NCBI RefSeq assembly: GCF_000092105.1
Contig: NC_014148.1
Span: 2,970,001-3,002,000, forward strand
Direction of reading: 5' to 3'
Source of the DNA: Planctopirus limnophila DSM 3776
GTDB lineage: Bacteria > Planctomycetota > Planctomycetia > Planctomycetales > Planctomycetaceae
Length of the DNA: 32,000 nt
Position numbers and translations under genes: made by a program. Below, one piece after another: positions 17,171 to 26,800 of this stretch; positions within the stretch are counted from its first letter, which is position 1, and each line of letters opens with the position of its first letter. The notes beneath the pieces are model-generated. The model saw only the letters and a list, made by a program, of their open reading frames with translations, was not told the origin of the DNA and searched no databases.

Positions 17171-18121
17171 ATGACTGCCAGTTCGGTTGTTTCAGATTCG
17201 TCCGCAGAGGGAAAAGTATTTCCTCGCATTGAACTGGCCATTGTGCAGATGGATGTGTCGATTGCTGAACCGGCTCACAATTGCGAGCGGATGCTGGGCT
17301 TTCTCCGGGAAGCCGCAAGCCATGGAGCCAGGCTGGTTGTTTTTCCCGAGTGTGCGCTTTCGGGGTACTGCACAAGTTCACTCGAAGAAACGCGAAAACT
17401 GGCAGCACCTATCGTCAATCCCTGGTATCAGAAGCTCCAGGCGGCTTGCGCTGAACTTCGCATCTATGCAATTTACGGTCAACTGGAAATCGAATCGCAG
17501 ACTGCCGGGATTGATGAACTGCCGGTCTACAACACTGCCGTCGCCATTGGCCCACGGGGAGTCATTCACACGTATCGCAAGACTCATCTCCCTTTTATTG
17601 GAGCAGATCGTTTCACCTCGTATGGTGCCGGGCCATTGAGCGTTTTTGAGATCGAAGGAGTGCGAATCGGGCTATTGATCTGTTATGACGGCGGGTTCCC
17701 GGAACCATCCCGCGTATTGGCCATCGAGGGAGCTGATCTGATTCTTTTGCCAACCAACTGGCCGACAACGGCTCAGGTTTTTGCAGCCCACGCCTGCCAG
17801 ATGCGCTCCATGGAAAGTACGGTCTTCTTTGCTTCGAGCAGTCGCGTCGGTATCGAGCGGGATGTCCGGTTTATTGGACAAAGTCGCATCTGTTCGCCTT
17901 TGGGGCACGAAATGACAGCGGCTGACGATCAATCGGAAGCCATTCTGTACGCCACCATCGATACGAAGCTCTCTCGAACCAAACACCTCATTCGGACTGC
18001 GGGAGAAAGTGAAATCAATCGAGTGGCAGACCGTCGTCCGGAACTTTACGCCGCTTTGGCTGTGGCGCACAATTCGCCCAGGGCCGGCGGTCGGCCAGCC
18101 CCGGCAATTGAGACGCACTGA
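17171..18121 (+). CDS. carbon-nitrogen hydrolase (nitrilase superfamily amidase/amidohydrolase)
   Basis: ATG at 17171 has AGGAG 8 nt upstream. The Glu-Lys-Cys triad contexts are VVFPECALSGY (E60), YRKTHLP (K137) and GLLICYDGGFPE (C171). Confidence 0.9.
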   Translation: MTASSVVSDSSAEGKVFPRIELAIVQMDVSIAEPAHNCERMLGFLREAASHGARLVVFPECALSGYCTSSLEETRKLAAPIVNPWYQKLQAACAELRIYAIYGQLEIESQTAGIDELPVYNTAVAIGPRGVIHTYRKTHLPFIGADRFTSYGAGPLSVFEIEGVRIGLLICYDGGFPEPSRVLAIEGADLILLPTNWPTTAQVFAAHACQMRSMESTVFFASSSRVGIERDVRFIGQSRICSPLGHEMTAADDQSEAILYATIDTKLSRTKHLIRTAGESEINRVADRRPELYAALAVAHNSPRAGGRPAPAIETH

Positions 18122-18131
18122 GCAAAGCAGG

Positions 18132-18163
18132 CGAATTGCCAATCACTTTCGGAAGGCAATTCG
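18132..18163 (+). terminator. weak hairpin just downstream of the C-N hydrolase gene
   Basis: A 9-bp stem, CGAATTGCC (18132-18140) / GGCAATTCG (18155-18163), has a 14-nt loop and starts 11 nt after the stop. No U-tract follows, so terminator function is uncertain. Confidence 0.3.
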
Positions 18164-18528
18164 AGATCTCAACTCGTATCCCGCGAGCAGCTAACATACA
18201 CTGTTCAGGACGAGTTCAGGCTCGGGAGTTGAATAGTGGACAGCACTTTTCAGAAAATATAGTCGAAGTGAGAATCCCTGGTCGGCTGAGAATGACTGAC
18301 TGAAAGTGACTGCCCCGAGAAGATGGTGCAATCCGTAGGAACTTCTTGCACCCTACAGTCGAACAAGAGATGCTGGGTCAGAATTGTAAGTATGCGACAT
18401 GAAACCCTCATCGGAAGTAGTCATTTTGTGAATTGTGCTCTGGTGATCAAATGCCATCGTGATGTTGTCATTGATCGTGGCCTCTGGCTTGTGAAGAATA
18501 GGATCTTCGCTGGAAGGACAGCCGCCTG

Positions 18529-21147
18529 ATGACATTTCTGCATCCACTGATTCTGGCGGGGCTGGCGCTGGTTCTGTTACCAGTCGTGATTCATCTGCTG
18601 ATGAAGCAGAAGCCCAAGCGAACCCCCTTCCCGGCTTTGAGACTGCTCCAACAATCTCAGGCCAAGGTTTCAAGGCGATTGAATCTGCAGCACTGGCTGT
18701 TGATGCTGCTGCGAATGCTCGTCATTGGTGCCATCGTCATCGCGATTGCACGCCCGACTTTACCGGCAGCCAATTATCAATTGACCAGCAGTGAATGGCT
18801 CCGGCTACTGGCGATTGTGCTGGTTGGCGGTGGAATCTATGCGGCATTAGAAATTTATCTGTACCGACGACGCCAGCAACTTCCGAATATTGATCGTTTC
18901 TCGAACAACTTCACCTCCGGAGGGCCTGCTGCTGCAATTCAACAGCAGACCTCAAAATTGCGGTCGCGACTGATTCCACTGGTCTCGATCTCTGCCGGTT
19001 TAGCGGTGGTGCTGTTTCTCATCTGGCCTTATCAAACACGAATCATGGCCGACTGGTCGAAGCCATCGTCTCGGGCGAATCTCGAACTTCCGGTTGCTGC
19101 GGTCTTCATCTTCGATACATCACCCAGCATGCAATACAGAAATCAGGGCAAAACCCGGCTGGAAGTCGCACAGAGCATGGCGACAACCCAATGGGGCAAA
19201 CTCCCAGCCGGAAGTCGTCTCGCACTGATCGATGGGATGCAACCTGCCAAGCCCACGTTTCTTGCAGACCGAAATACGGCTCACCAACGAATTCAACAAT
19301 TCACCACCCACTACGAAGAACGTCCACTCGAAGACTCCGTCCGACTGGCCCTTGCGTTGCAGGAAAATGATCGAACGAAACTGCTCGAAGCTGAAGGAGG
19401 AGCAACCGATCGATTTGTGCGTGAAGTCTATCTGTTTACAGATCTCGCGAGACATCAATGGCATGGGGCGGCAGACGCAGGGCTACTGAGCGAGTTGGAA
19501 AAGCTCAAGGATGTCAGCATCTACATTATTGATGTCGGCGAATTGAAACCTTCAAACAACAGGCTCTACGGTCTCAAGCTCAGCCAGGAAACGATTGCCG
19601 AGAATGGCGAGGTATTAATTGAAGCGACCGTTGAATCCGATCTGGCACTGGCGCCCAAACCTATAGAAAGCTCGGCTCCACCGGCTCAGAACACAACAGA
19701 TCCAGGAAATGCAGCAACACTCAGTACGAATGATGATATTTCTATCGAACTGGTGCTGGGTGATCCCCGTGTGGGAAATACCAAACGGGTCGGTTTGGAA
19801 ACGGTTTCCAGAGGTGGACGACAAACCGTACAGTTCACCGCCAGTAATTTACCCTCCGGTCCTTCCAGCGGTTATTTGCGACTAATCGGTGACGATCCCC
19901 TGGCATTCGATAACAGTCTTCCCATCGCACTGACAACGGCAAAGCCACCTAAAGTGCTCGTAGTTTCAGCGAATCGGGCCGATAGCCGACTCCTCATGGA
20001 AGCGTTGGCTCCCGCCGAACTGACTCGTGTCGGAAAGGCGACGACAGTCCCTACCTGGATACCGGCATCAAGCCTTGCTGCCACAGATCTGAAGTCTTAC
20101 GACGTGGTATTTCTGATCAACCTGCCAAGACCAACAGCCGAAGACTGGAAACTACTTCGCGGGTTCGTCGAAGCAGGTGGAGGACTGGTACTGACCAATG
20201 GCCACCCATCCAAGGGCGTGGTTAATGCACCAACTTCTATCGATCCGCTGACCTACGAGAATCCTGATGCTCTGGCCATACTTCCAGCCAGACTCAAAGC
20301 TTCACTCTCCTTCCGACCAGGCCAGGTATGGGAGTTTCCCAATCGATCCCATGGCTTCATGGCTCCATTGGCTGAATTCGGGGTGCTCGAAGAGTGGGAG
20401 TCACAGGTCGTCAACCGATACTGGACAGTCAACCCGGTCGATGATGCGATTGTACTGGCACGCTTTCTTGACGAACGAAAATCTCCTGCTCTTTTAGAAC
20501 GCCGCGTGGGAAAAGGGATCGTCCAGCAATGGACGACTTCATGGAGCCTTCCCGACTGGAATGACCTGCCCAGAAGCTGGGCATTTGTGGCTCTGGCAGA
20601 TGCTTCTGTCGATTACCTGTCTCAGCGACAGGCACGCCGATTCAACTTTGTGCTGGGTGATCCCATTCAACTGATTTTTCCCTCAGATCAGGTTTTACCG
20701 CCCCAGTGGCTGGTGCGGACTCCAGATGAGCGTCAGCAAGCCCTCGATGCCGAATCTTCGACCCGGCTGATCATTCCCGCAACGATTGCCAATCAACCGG
20801 GAATCTATCTGGTTCAGCCCAAAGCCGACCCTGCAGCGATGATTCCTCTCGGAGTTCGTGTTCGCGATGCCGAATCTAATCTTGAACGTATGAACAAAGA
20901 GAATATCGATCAGATTTTTGGAACGGATCGTGTTCTGGTACATCGCGAGCTGGAGACCTTAGAGCGAGCTGTCCTTTCCGGCCGGATCGGTCAGGAAGTC
21001 TACGCACTCGTTCTATTGCTGCTCGTGGCCGGCTTTGTGACTGAACATCTTCTCGCCAACTGGTTCTATGCTCCACCGGCTGCCGCCCTCACCAGGAACA
21101 CGTTGCACACTGCTCCCCGTCCGGAAGGAGCAGTTCATGCCAACTGA
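18529..21147 (+). CDS. BatA-N (N-terminal double-transmembrane) domain membrane protein with vWA-like region
   Basis: The N-terminus MTFLHPLILAGLALVLLPVVIHLLMKQKPKRTPFPALRLL...LLMLLRMLVIGAIVIAIARP matches the aerotolerance-regulator N-terminal / two-anchor pattern. A DxSxS (MIDAS-like) motif, FIFDTSPSM, maps to nt 19114-19128. Also present are EVYLFTDLA and a C-terminal TM helix, VYALVLLLLVAGFVTEHLL. Confidence 0.85.
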   Translation: MTFLHPLILAGLALVLLPVVIHLLMKQKPKRTPFPALRLLQQSQAKVSRRLNLQHWLLMLLRMLVIGAIVIAIARPTLPAANYQLTSSEWLRLLAIVLVGGGIYAALEIYLYRRRQQLPNIDRFSNNFTSGGPAAAIQQQTSKLRSRLIPLVSISAGLAVVLFLIWPYQTRIMADWSKPSSRANLELPVAAVFIFDTSPSMQYRNQGKTRLEVAQSMATTQWGKLPAGSRLALIDGMQPAKPTFLADRNTAHQRIQQFTTHYEERPLEDSVRLALALQENDRTKLLEAEGGATDRFVREVYLFTDLARHQWHGAADAGLLSELEKLKDVSIYIIDVGELKPSNNRLYGLKLSQETIAENGEVLIEATVESDLALAPKPIESSAPPAQNTTDPGNAATLSTNDDISIELVLGDPRVGNTKRVGLETVSRGGRQTVQFTASNLPSGPSSGYLRLIGDDPLAFDNSLPIALTTAKPPKVLVVSANRADSRLLMEALAPAELTRVGKATTVPTWIPASSLAATDLKSYDVVFLINLPRPTAEDWKLLRGFVEAGGGLVLTNGHPSKGVVNAPTSIDPLTYENPDALAILPARLKASLSFRPGQVWEFPNRSHGFMAPLAEFGVLEEWESQVVNRYWTVNPVDDAIVLARFLDERKSPALLERRVGKGIVQQWTTSWSLPDWNDLPRSWAFVALADASVDYLSQRQARRFNFVLGDPIQLIFPSDQVLPPQWLVRTPDERQQALDAESSTRLIIPATIANQPGIYLVQPKADPAAMIPLGVRVRDAESNLERMNKENIDQIFGTDRVLVHRELETLERAVLSGRIGQEVYALVLLLLVAGFVTEHLLANWFYAPPAAALTRNTLHTAPRPEGAVHAN

Positions 21148-21225
21148 TTTTTACGCGACAACTTTCGCTGCAGATTCTCATGCCAATACCCCTTTGCCCC
21201 TGTGCCCATTTGACGGGGGGCATCC

Positions 21226-23538
21226 ATGACGTTTGAAGAGATGAAATTTCAGGAGATCACCTTCCATCCAGTGGGTGGATATTTCTTTGCGATCACTTTA
21301 TCGATGGCCTTACTGTGGATGGTCTGGAAGGCTTATCCGCATCATTTCTTTCAGCAACTCCCCTCTCGAATCCGCACGACAAGAGGATTGCGGCTTTTGG
21401 CGGCAATCGTGTTGATTGCCGGTCTGTTTCGTCCCGAACTGGTCTGGGAATCGTCAGCGGCACCCGATGCGCAGGTGCTGATTCTGCGTGACGTGAGCCG
21501 CAGTATGACGACACAGGATCTGCCTGCCGCACGGAGCCGACTGGAAGGTGCGCTGTCAGACTCGCTGGCCATTCAGAAGGCATTTGAAAAAACAAAATCA
21601 AAACCGTCTCAGGTTCGAATCTTCGATTTCTCGGACAAGCTGAGTCCTCCGGCTACTGAGAATCCGGTGGCGGATGGGCAGCAGACACTCTTTGGCGAAG
21701 CCCTTCAGGGAGCCCTTCGAGAAGCACGTAACCGTTCGACCTCGGCTGTCTTTCTACTTTCCGATGGTGCCCAGCGCAGTTTGTCTCCGAAACCTGTTGA
21801 CCCGTTATCGATTGCACAGGCATTTGGTGAAGAAGGGATTCCGATCTATGGGATTGCCTATGGGGCGAGCAGTATTTCTGGACAGGGCTTGGATTGGACA
21901 CTGGCTGATCTGCGGGTAGACCCGATTGTCTTTGAGAAGAATCGTGTTCCGGTCACAGTCCGGGTGCGGGCGATTGGAGCGCGGGGTCGAACCACGACCG
22001 TTCGCCTATTGCTCGAGAATCGAAGTGATGTGCCACTGGGAAAATCCGGGCCATTGGAACCTGTGCTGGCCACAGGTGGCGTTATTCCTCAAGTCACCAT
22101 CACGCCTACGGAAGATGATCAGATCATTCCTGTGGAATTGTCCTTTCTGCCCAGTCAGGCCGGAGAATTCAAACTGGCTGCTGAAGTTCAAACCTCCGAA
22201 GGAGAACTGCTGACCAGAAACAACCGCCTCGAAACGATCATCACTGTCAAAGCGGGTGGATTGCGAGTGGCGGTGATTGATCGCTTGCGCTGGGAACCAA
22301 AGTTTCTCAAAATGGCCAGCGGGGCATCGCAACTGCAGATGGACTTTGCCGAAATTCGTCAAAGTCGCGGCCAATCGCCGGTGGTACTCGATGCTTCGTG
22401 GTTCGAGCCCGATCGCTACAATGTGTACATCCTGGGCGACGTCACCATCGATGAACTGGGTGAATCGAACATCAAGGCTCTTGCGGCACGAGTTCAGGCG
22501 GGAGCCGGCCTCATGACCATTGGCGGCAGCCGAAATTACTCCGCGGGCCGATGGGAAGAATCGGATCTGACAGATCTCGTGCCTGTCATGTCAGCCTCCG
22601 CCAATCCGGGTGGCAATTCGAAAGAATCATCCAGTCTGGAGGGGCCGACACCATTCATTCCGACAGAGACGGGCCTGCGTCGCTATGTGCTGCAACTGGA
22701 TGGCACGGGGCCGCTCATCGATCGCTGGAAAGCACTGGCCCCATTAGAAGGGGCCAATCGGCTGGTTCCTCGGAATCCTCTGGTCGAAGTCTGGGCTGCG
22801 GCACCCAATGGCGAAGGTCTGTTGTTCGCCAGCGAGATTGGCAAAGCCCGTGTCCTTTCGTTTGCGGGAGATTCATCTTACTTGTGGGTCTTAGGCGGCG
22901 CTGCCAAAGCCCATCAGCAATTCTGGCGACAGGCGATACTGTGGCTGGCACGCCGAGAAGACGACACGGAAGCTCCGTTGTGGGTGAAGGTGGAACCTCG
23001 TAATGCACCTCTCGGAACAGCCATCGGTATTGAATATGGTGCGCGAGCCCCAGGCGGACAACCACGAAACGATGTCAGTTTTGAAATGGAGATTATCGAT
23101 CCTGCGGGTACGAAAATTCCAGCATTGGTTTCGACGGATGTTGCCGCGAGTTCAAAGAACACAGGCAGCGGTGGCAGGCTGGACTGGACGAAAACTGAAG
23201 AGCCTGGCGATTACTGGGTGCGAGTTTCGGGCAAAGCCAACGGTGAGAATATCGGGTTGGATGCCGTGACCCGATTTCTGGTTTCACCGCGCGATATTGA
23301 ACTCGACCGTCCGGGTGCAGATCCCGATTATCTCAAGCAAATCACTGAAGCCGGAAGTGGTCAACTCCTTTCGACCGAGAAGCTGGCTGGGTTTCTGGAT
23401 CAGTTGATTGCCAGAGAAAATCCACTTGCGAAAGAGACCGTTCAAGTCAGGTTGTGGGATCACTGGCTGATGATTGCCCTCTTTGTGATCGCCATGGGGA
23501 TCGAATGGGTGATCCGTAAGGCCAACGGCTGGGCCTAA
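21226..23538 (+). CDS. vWA-like domain membrane protein (Bat-cluster type, hypothetical function)
   Basis: Two N-terminal TM helices are present. A DxSxS motif, LILRDVSRSM, maps to nt 21490-21504. Also present are AVFLLSDGAQ, a later GAGLMTIGG block, and a C-terminal TM helix, HWLMIALFVIAMGIEWVI. Confidence 0.8.
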   Translation: MTFEEMKFQEITFHPVGGYFFAITLSMALLWMVWKAYPHHFFQQLPSRIRTTRGLRLLAAIVLIAGLFRPELVWESSAAPDAQVLILRDVSRSMTTQDLPAARSRLEGALSDSLAIQKAFEKTKSKPSQVRIFDFSDKLSPPATENPVADGQQTLFGEALQGALREARNRSTSAVFLLSDGAQRSLSPKPVDPLSIAQAFGEEGIPIYGIAYGASSISGQGLDWTLADLRVDPIVFEKNRVPVTVRVRAIGARGRTTTVRLLLENRSDVPLGKSGPLEPVLATGGVIPQVTITPTEDDQIIPVELSFLPSQAGEFKLAAEVQTSEGELLTRNNRLETIITVKAGGLRVAVIDRLRWEPKFLKMASGASQLQMDFAEIRQSRGQSPVVLDASWFEPDRYNVYILGDVTIDELGESNIKALAARVQAGAGLMTIGGSRNYSAGRWEESDLTDLVPVMSASANPGGNSKESSSLEGPTPFIPTETGLRRYVLQLDGTGPLIDRWKALAPLEGANRLVPRNPLVEVWAAAPNGEGLLFASEIGKARVLSFAGDSSYLWVLGGAAKAHQQFWRQAILWLARREDDTEAPLWVKVEPRNAPLGTAIGIEYGARAPGGQPRNDVSFEMEIIDPAGTKIPALVSTDVAASSKNTGSGGRLDWTKTEEPGDYWVRVSGKANGENIGLDAVTRFLVSPRDIELDRPGADPDYLKQITEAGSGQLLSTEKLAGFLDQLIARENPLAKETVQVRLWDHWLMIALFVIAMGIEWVIRKANGWA

Positions 23539-23600
23539 GAAAATGGGCTCGAGAAAAAGGGCCTCATAAAATCGGCCTGAGAAAATGTGCCTGAGAAAAA
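23531..23600 (+). repeat. five tandem copies of a degenerate 14-bp A-tract unit (consensus GGGCCTGAGAAAAW)
   Basis: The units are GGGCCTAAGAAAAT, GGGCTCGAGAAAAA, GGGCCTCATAAAAT, CGGCCTGAGAAAAT and GTGCCTGAGAAAAA, head to tail. Unit 1 contains the TAA stop (23536-23538) of the 770-aa gene. A decayed sixth unit (CCGATTGAGAATTTT) may follow. Confidence 0.75.
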
Positions 23601-23812
23601 GAGTTCCGATTGAGAATTTTCCGAGGTCGGAGGGAACTTTTCTGGCCAGCACTTCGTCACCAAAAGAGTTGATTGGGGGAAAGGTCAGTAATCTCAGCCG
23701 TTTCCGGTCGATAGTTCTCGTTGAGAAACCACGAATTCAGAATGCAAACTGCCATTCTGTCGCACTTTATGTCAAACTAAAGGCGTAGAATTCTGCAGAG
23801 AGGTCGCTCAGT

Positions 23813-26800
23813 ATGGCAACTATTCAACCTTCCGATGAATCACCCGCCTTCGTCGACTTTGACGAATTTGTCGCCTATCAGTTGGGCGAGGTGAAATCGG
23901 CGGTGCGGTCCACGGATCTCACCACGGCTATTGTCGGCAGCTTTGCCTGGGTCAGTGCGCTGTGTGCCCTATTCGTGATTTCTGACCAGTGGTTGTTTGC
24001 CGATGGCTGGAGCATGGTGGCCCGGTGGATCTGGCTGGCAATTCTCGTGAGCGGCCTGGGCTGGTGGTTGACTCGCACGTTGCTGCATCCCCTTCTGCGT
24101 AAGGTGAGTCCCCTTTATGCCGCCAAAGAGCTGGAGACAGCCGTCCCGGCTCTCAGGCGGAATCTGGTCAATCTGGTGGATTTACAGGCTGCGGGACGAC
24201 CAGTCGCGCCGGCTGTCTTGAAAGCCTTGCAAAAGCGAGCGGCGGTTTCTCTGGAAGAAGTGCAGCCCAGGCAAGCGATCGACCACACCCACCTGCTCTG
24301 GGTCTCTTGTGCACTGCTGGCGACGGTCGTTCTGCTGGCGGTCTATGCCGTGATGTCGCCCAAGCCGATCTGGCCGTCGTTATGGCGCATGATTCCTTTC
24401 ACGTCGATTGATGCTCCCACGGAAACATTGATTCGAGAAGTGACCCCGGGTTCGACAGTCCGCCTCGCGGGGTCCATGCTCGATGTCGAAGCCCAACTGG
24501 CAGGACGTATCCCTGAGATCGTCGAACTGAAGTTCACGACCGTTGATCAGCAGTTTGTGGACGAAACCGTCCGTATGGCTCCCGTGGGCCAGGGAGGTGC
24601 GCGGTTTGAAGCCAGACTGCTGGGTGAACGAGGAGAAGGATTCACCCAGTCATTTTCGTACTACATTCAAGCCGGTGATGCCCGCTCAGCCAATTACCAG
24701 GTGAGCATTGTCACCCCTCCCCATGCCAACGTTGAAGAAGTCGAGATCCAGGCACCGGCTTATACAGGTATCGAGAAGCAGGTCAGCCGAGGTGGTGCCA
24801 TTCATGCGTGGGTCGGTTCGGAGGTGAAAATCCGGGCACTGGCGAATCAACCCGTCACTTCAGCCACCATGATTTTCTTTGACGACGACGGCATGACGCC
24901 TACGGGTGAGGAACTTCCTGTGCGGTTGTCTCAGAACCGCGAACTGACTGCCGATTACCGTCCACAACTTCGAGAAGACGGGACATACGCGAGGTACTAC
25001 TCGATCATCGTTCGCACAGCAGGTGGAGAAACCGACCCTGCGCCAACCATCTATCCGATTGCATTGCAGATAGATCAGCCTCCGGAGATCCGGATGGTCA
25101 TTCCCGAAAATGATGTGGCTGCCGCTGCTAATTCGACGGTGGGATTTGTTTTCACGGCCCGCGATGTTGATTTTCTCCTGGGCCCGATGACACTCATTGC
25201 CGAAAAACAGGGGCAGATCATTGCGCGGGAAGAACTGGCGGCCGGTGGTGTTTCACAACAGACAGCGAAGACCACCTTACGCCTGGATCGCTTTGCACTG
25301 CAGGAGAATGATGAACTCAAGGTCTACGCCACCGTCCAGGATAATCGCCAGCCAACACCGAATACGGCTCGCTCCGACGCACGGCTGATTCGAATTCAAG
25401 GAGTCTTGCCTCCGCAGAAACAGCAGGAACAGCGTCAGCAGGCCGAAAAGCAGGCCCAACAGGTCGAAGAACAGGCCCGGCAAAAGGCGGCCCAGAACCA
25501 GGCAGGAAATGAACCGCCAGCAGATCCTGCACAGCAGGATCCGGGTCAAGCTCCCGAGGCCATGTCTGATCGCCCACAGGAAGGCGAAGGGAATCCTGGC
25601 CAAAATGCCAATGATCCAACACGGGCCAAAGACAGTCGTGCCGGCGAAGGGATGAACCAGAACGAGCCACAATCTCGTGACGACAATCCCCCCTCCGATC
25701 GTTCCGACAATGCGAATGGGAAACCCGGTGAGGAGCGTGGTGAACCTTCAGAAAACAACCGGACTGAAGGAAAATCAGCTTCCGAACGGAAGGGCGAAAA
25801 TCAGGATTTGTCTCGCCAACAGAACAATGACTCAGGCTCGAAGACTTCTCCTGAAAATACTCCCGCAGACCCGAAAAACCAGTCTGGTTCCTCAGGCCAG
25901 CCGAAATCCAATCAGCAGAACAGTGGCCCGCAGAACAGTGGCCCGCAGAACAAGGGGCAGCAGGGCTCCAACAAATCTGACCAGGGATTATCACCCAACG
26001 GAGAAGATGATTCGGAAGCCTTGAAACGGTTGTTGGAAAAAGCCCGGCAGGAATCGCGTCAGGCCAATTCCAAAGGACAGGAATCGGGGAACCAATCCCG
26101 TCAGGAACAGAAGTCTCAACCCGAAAATGAGGCTGACAAGTCCTCATCGGCAGGTCAATCCGATGGCCGCAAGCGAGGAGATGAAGGCTCGAGCAAGGAG
26201 TCGATGACGGAAGACTCCACAAACTCTTCGAAGGGAAATTCTGCGGAAAATCAGCCGCCCAGGAATGATTCTCGGCAAGGAGAGTCGTCCCAGAAATCTC
26301 CTGCCGAGATGAATGATCCTCAATCATCAAAAGAGCCCGCGAGCCCCAAAGAGAAGATGGCTGAAGGCCAAACGAAAACCCCAGGTGATTCTCAACCTGA
26401 AAGTGCTGAGACAGGAGATACCGGCAAACCTTCATCTCCTCAGAGCAAAAACTCTTCACAGCCAATGTCTGGAAGTGAAAAAGATTCTCAGTCCAAAGCC
26501 AATGGAGAGAAATCGGCCTCTGCTGGTGATGAAAATTCATCGGCAAAAAATCAAGGCGCATCAGGAAATGAATCTGCCAAAAACGGCAAAGGATCTCGCC
26601 CCAACGATCAATCGTTGAAACCCAACTCCGACAATCCTGCCAGTGCGAGTGACCCCGCTGGCGATCCCTCGGGAACGGATCCATCCCAACGTGCTGGACA
26701 GAAAAACAAAGCCTCAGATCCATCGATGGGCCCGCCCAGCGAGAAGCTCCTGGGCAAGTCTCAAGAGGGGGGCAAGGATGACGAGATGCCTGCTCAAAGA

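Noticed and set aside
16696-17241. A 181-aa minus-strand ORF spanning the livF 3' end, the intergenic region and the hydrolase 5' end.
   Set aside because: It overlaps two well-supported plus-strand genes. It has no recognisable motifs, and its middle runs through the palindromic element.
18323-18529. A 68-aa upstream ORF whose TGA overlaps the ATG of the BatA-N gene as TGATG.
   Set aside because: The overlap suggests coupling. However, the ORF lies in an AT-richer stretch and uses codons that look rare in the neighbouring genes (AGA, AGG, GTA, CTA, AGT). It has no motif. It is more likely non-coding promoter/leader sequence, and only Ribo-seq would rescue it.
21612-21621. GGTTCGAATC, which resembles a tRNA T-arm.
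   Set aside because: It lies inside the 770-aa CDS, where it encodes QVRIFDF. The flanks cannot be folded into acceptor, D or anticodon arms.
23531-23600. The possibility that the 14-bp repeats form a CRISPR array.
   Set aside because: The units are contiguous with no spacers, are far shorter than CRISPR repeats, and no cas genes are present.
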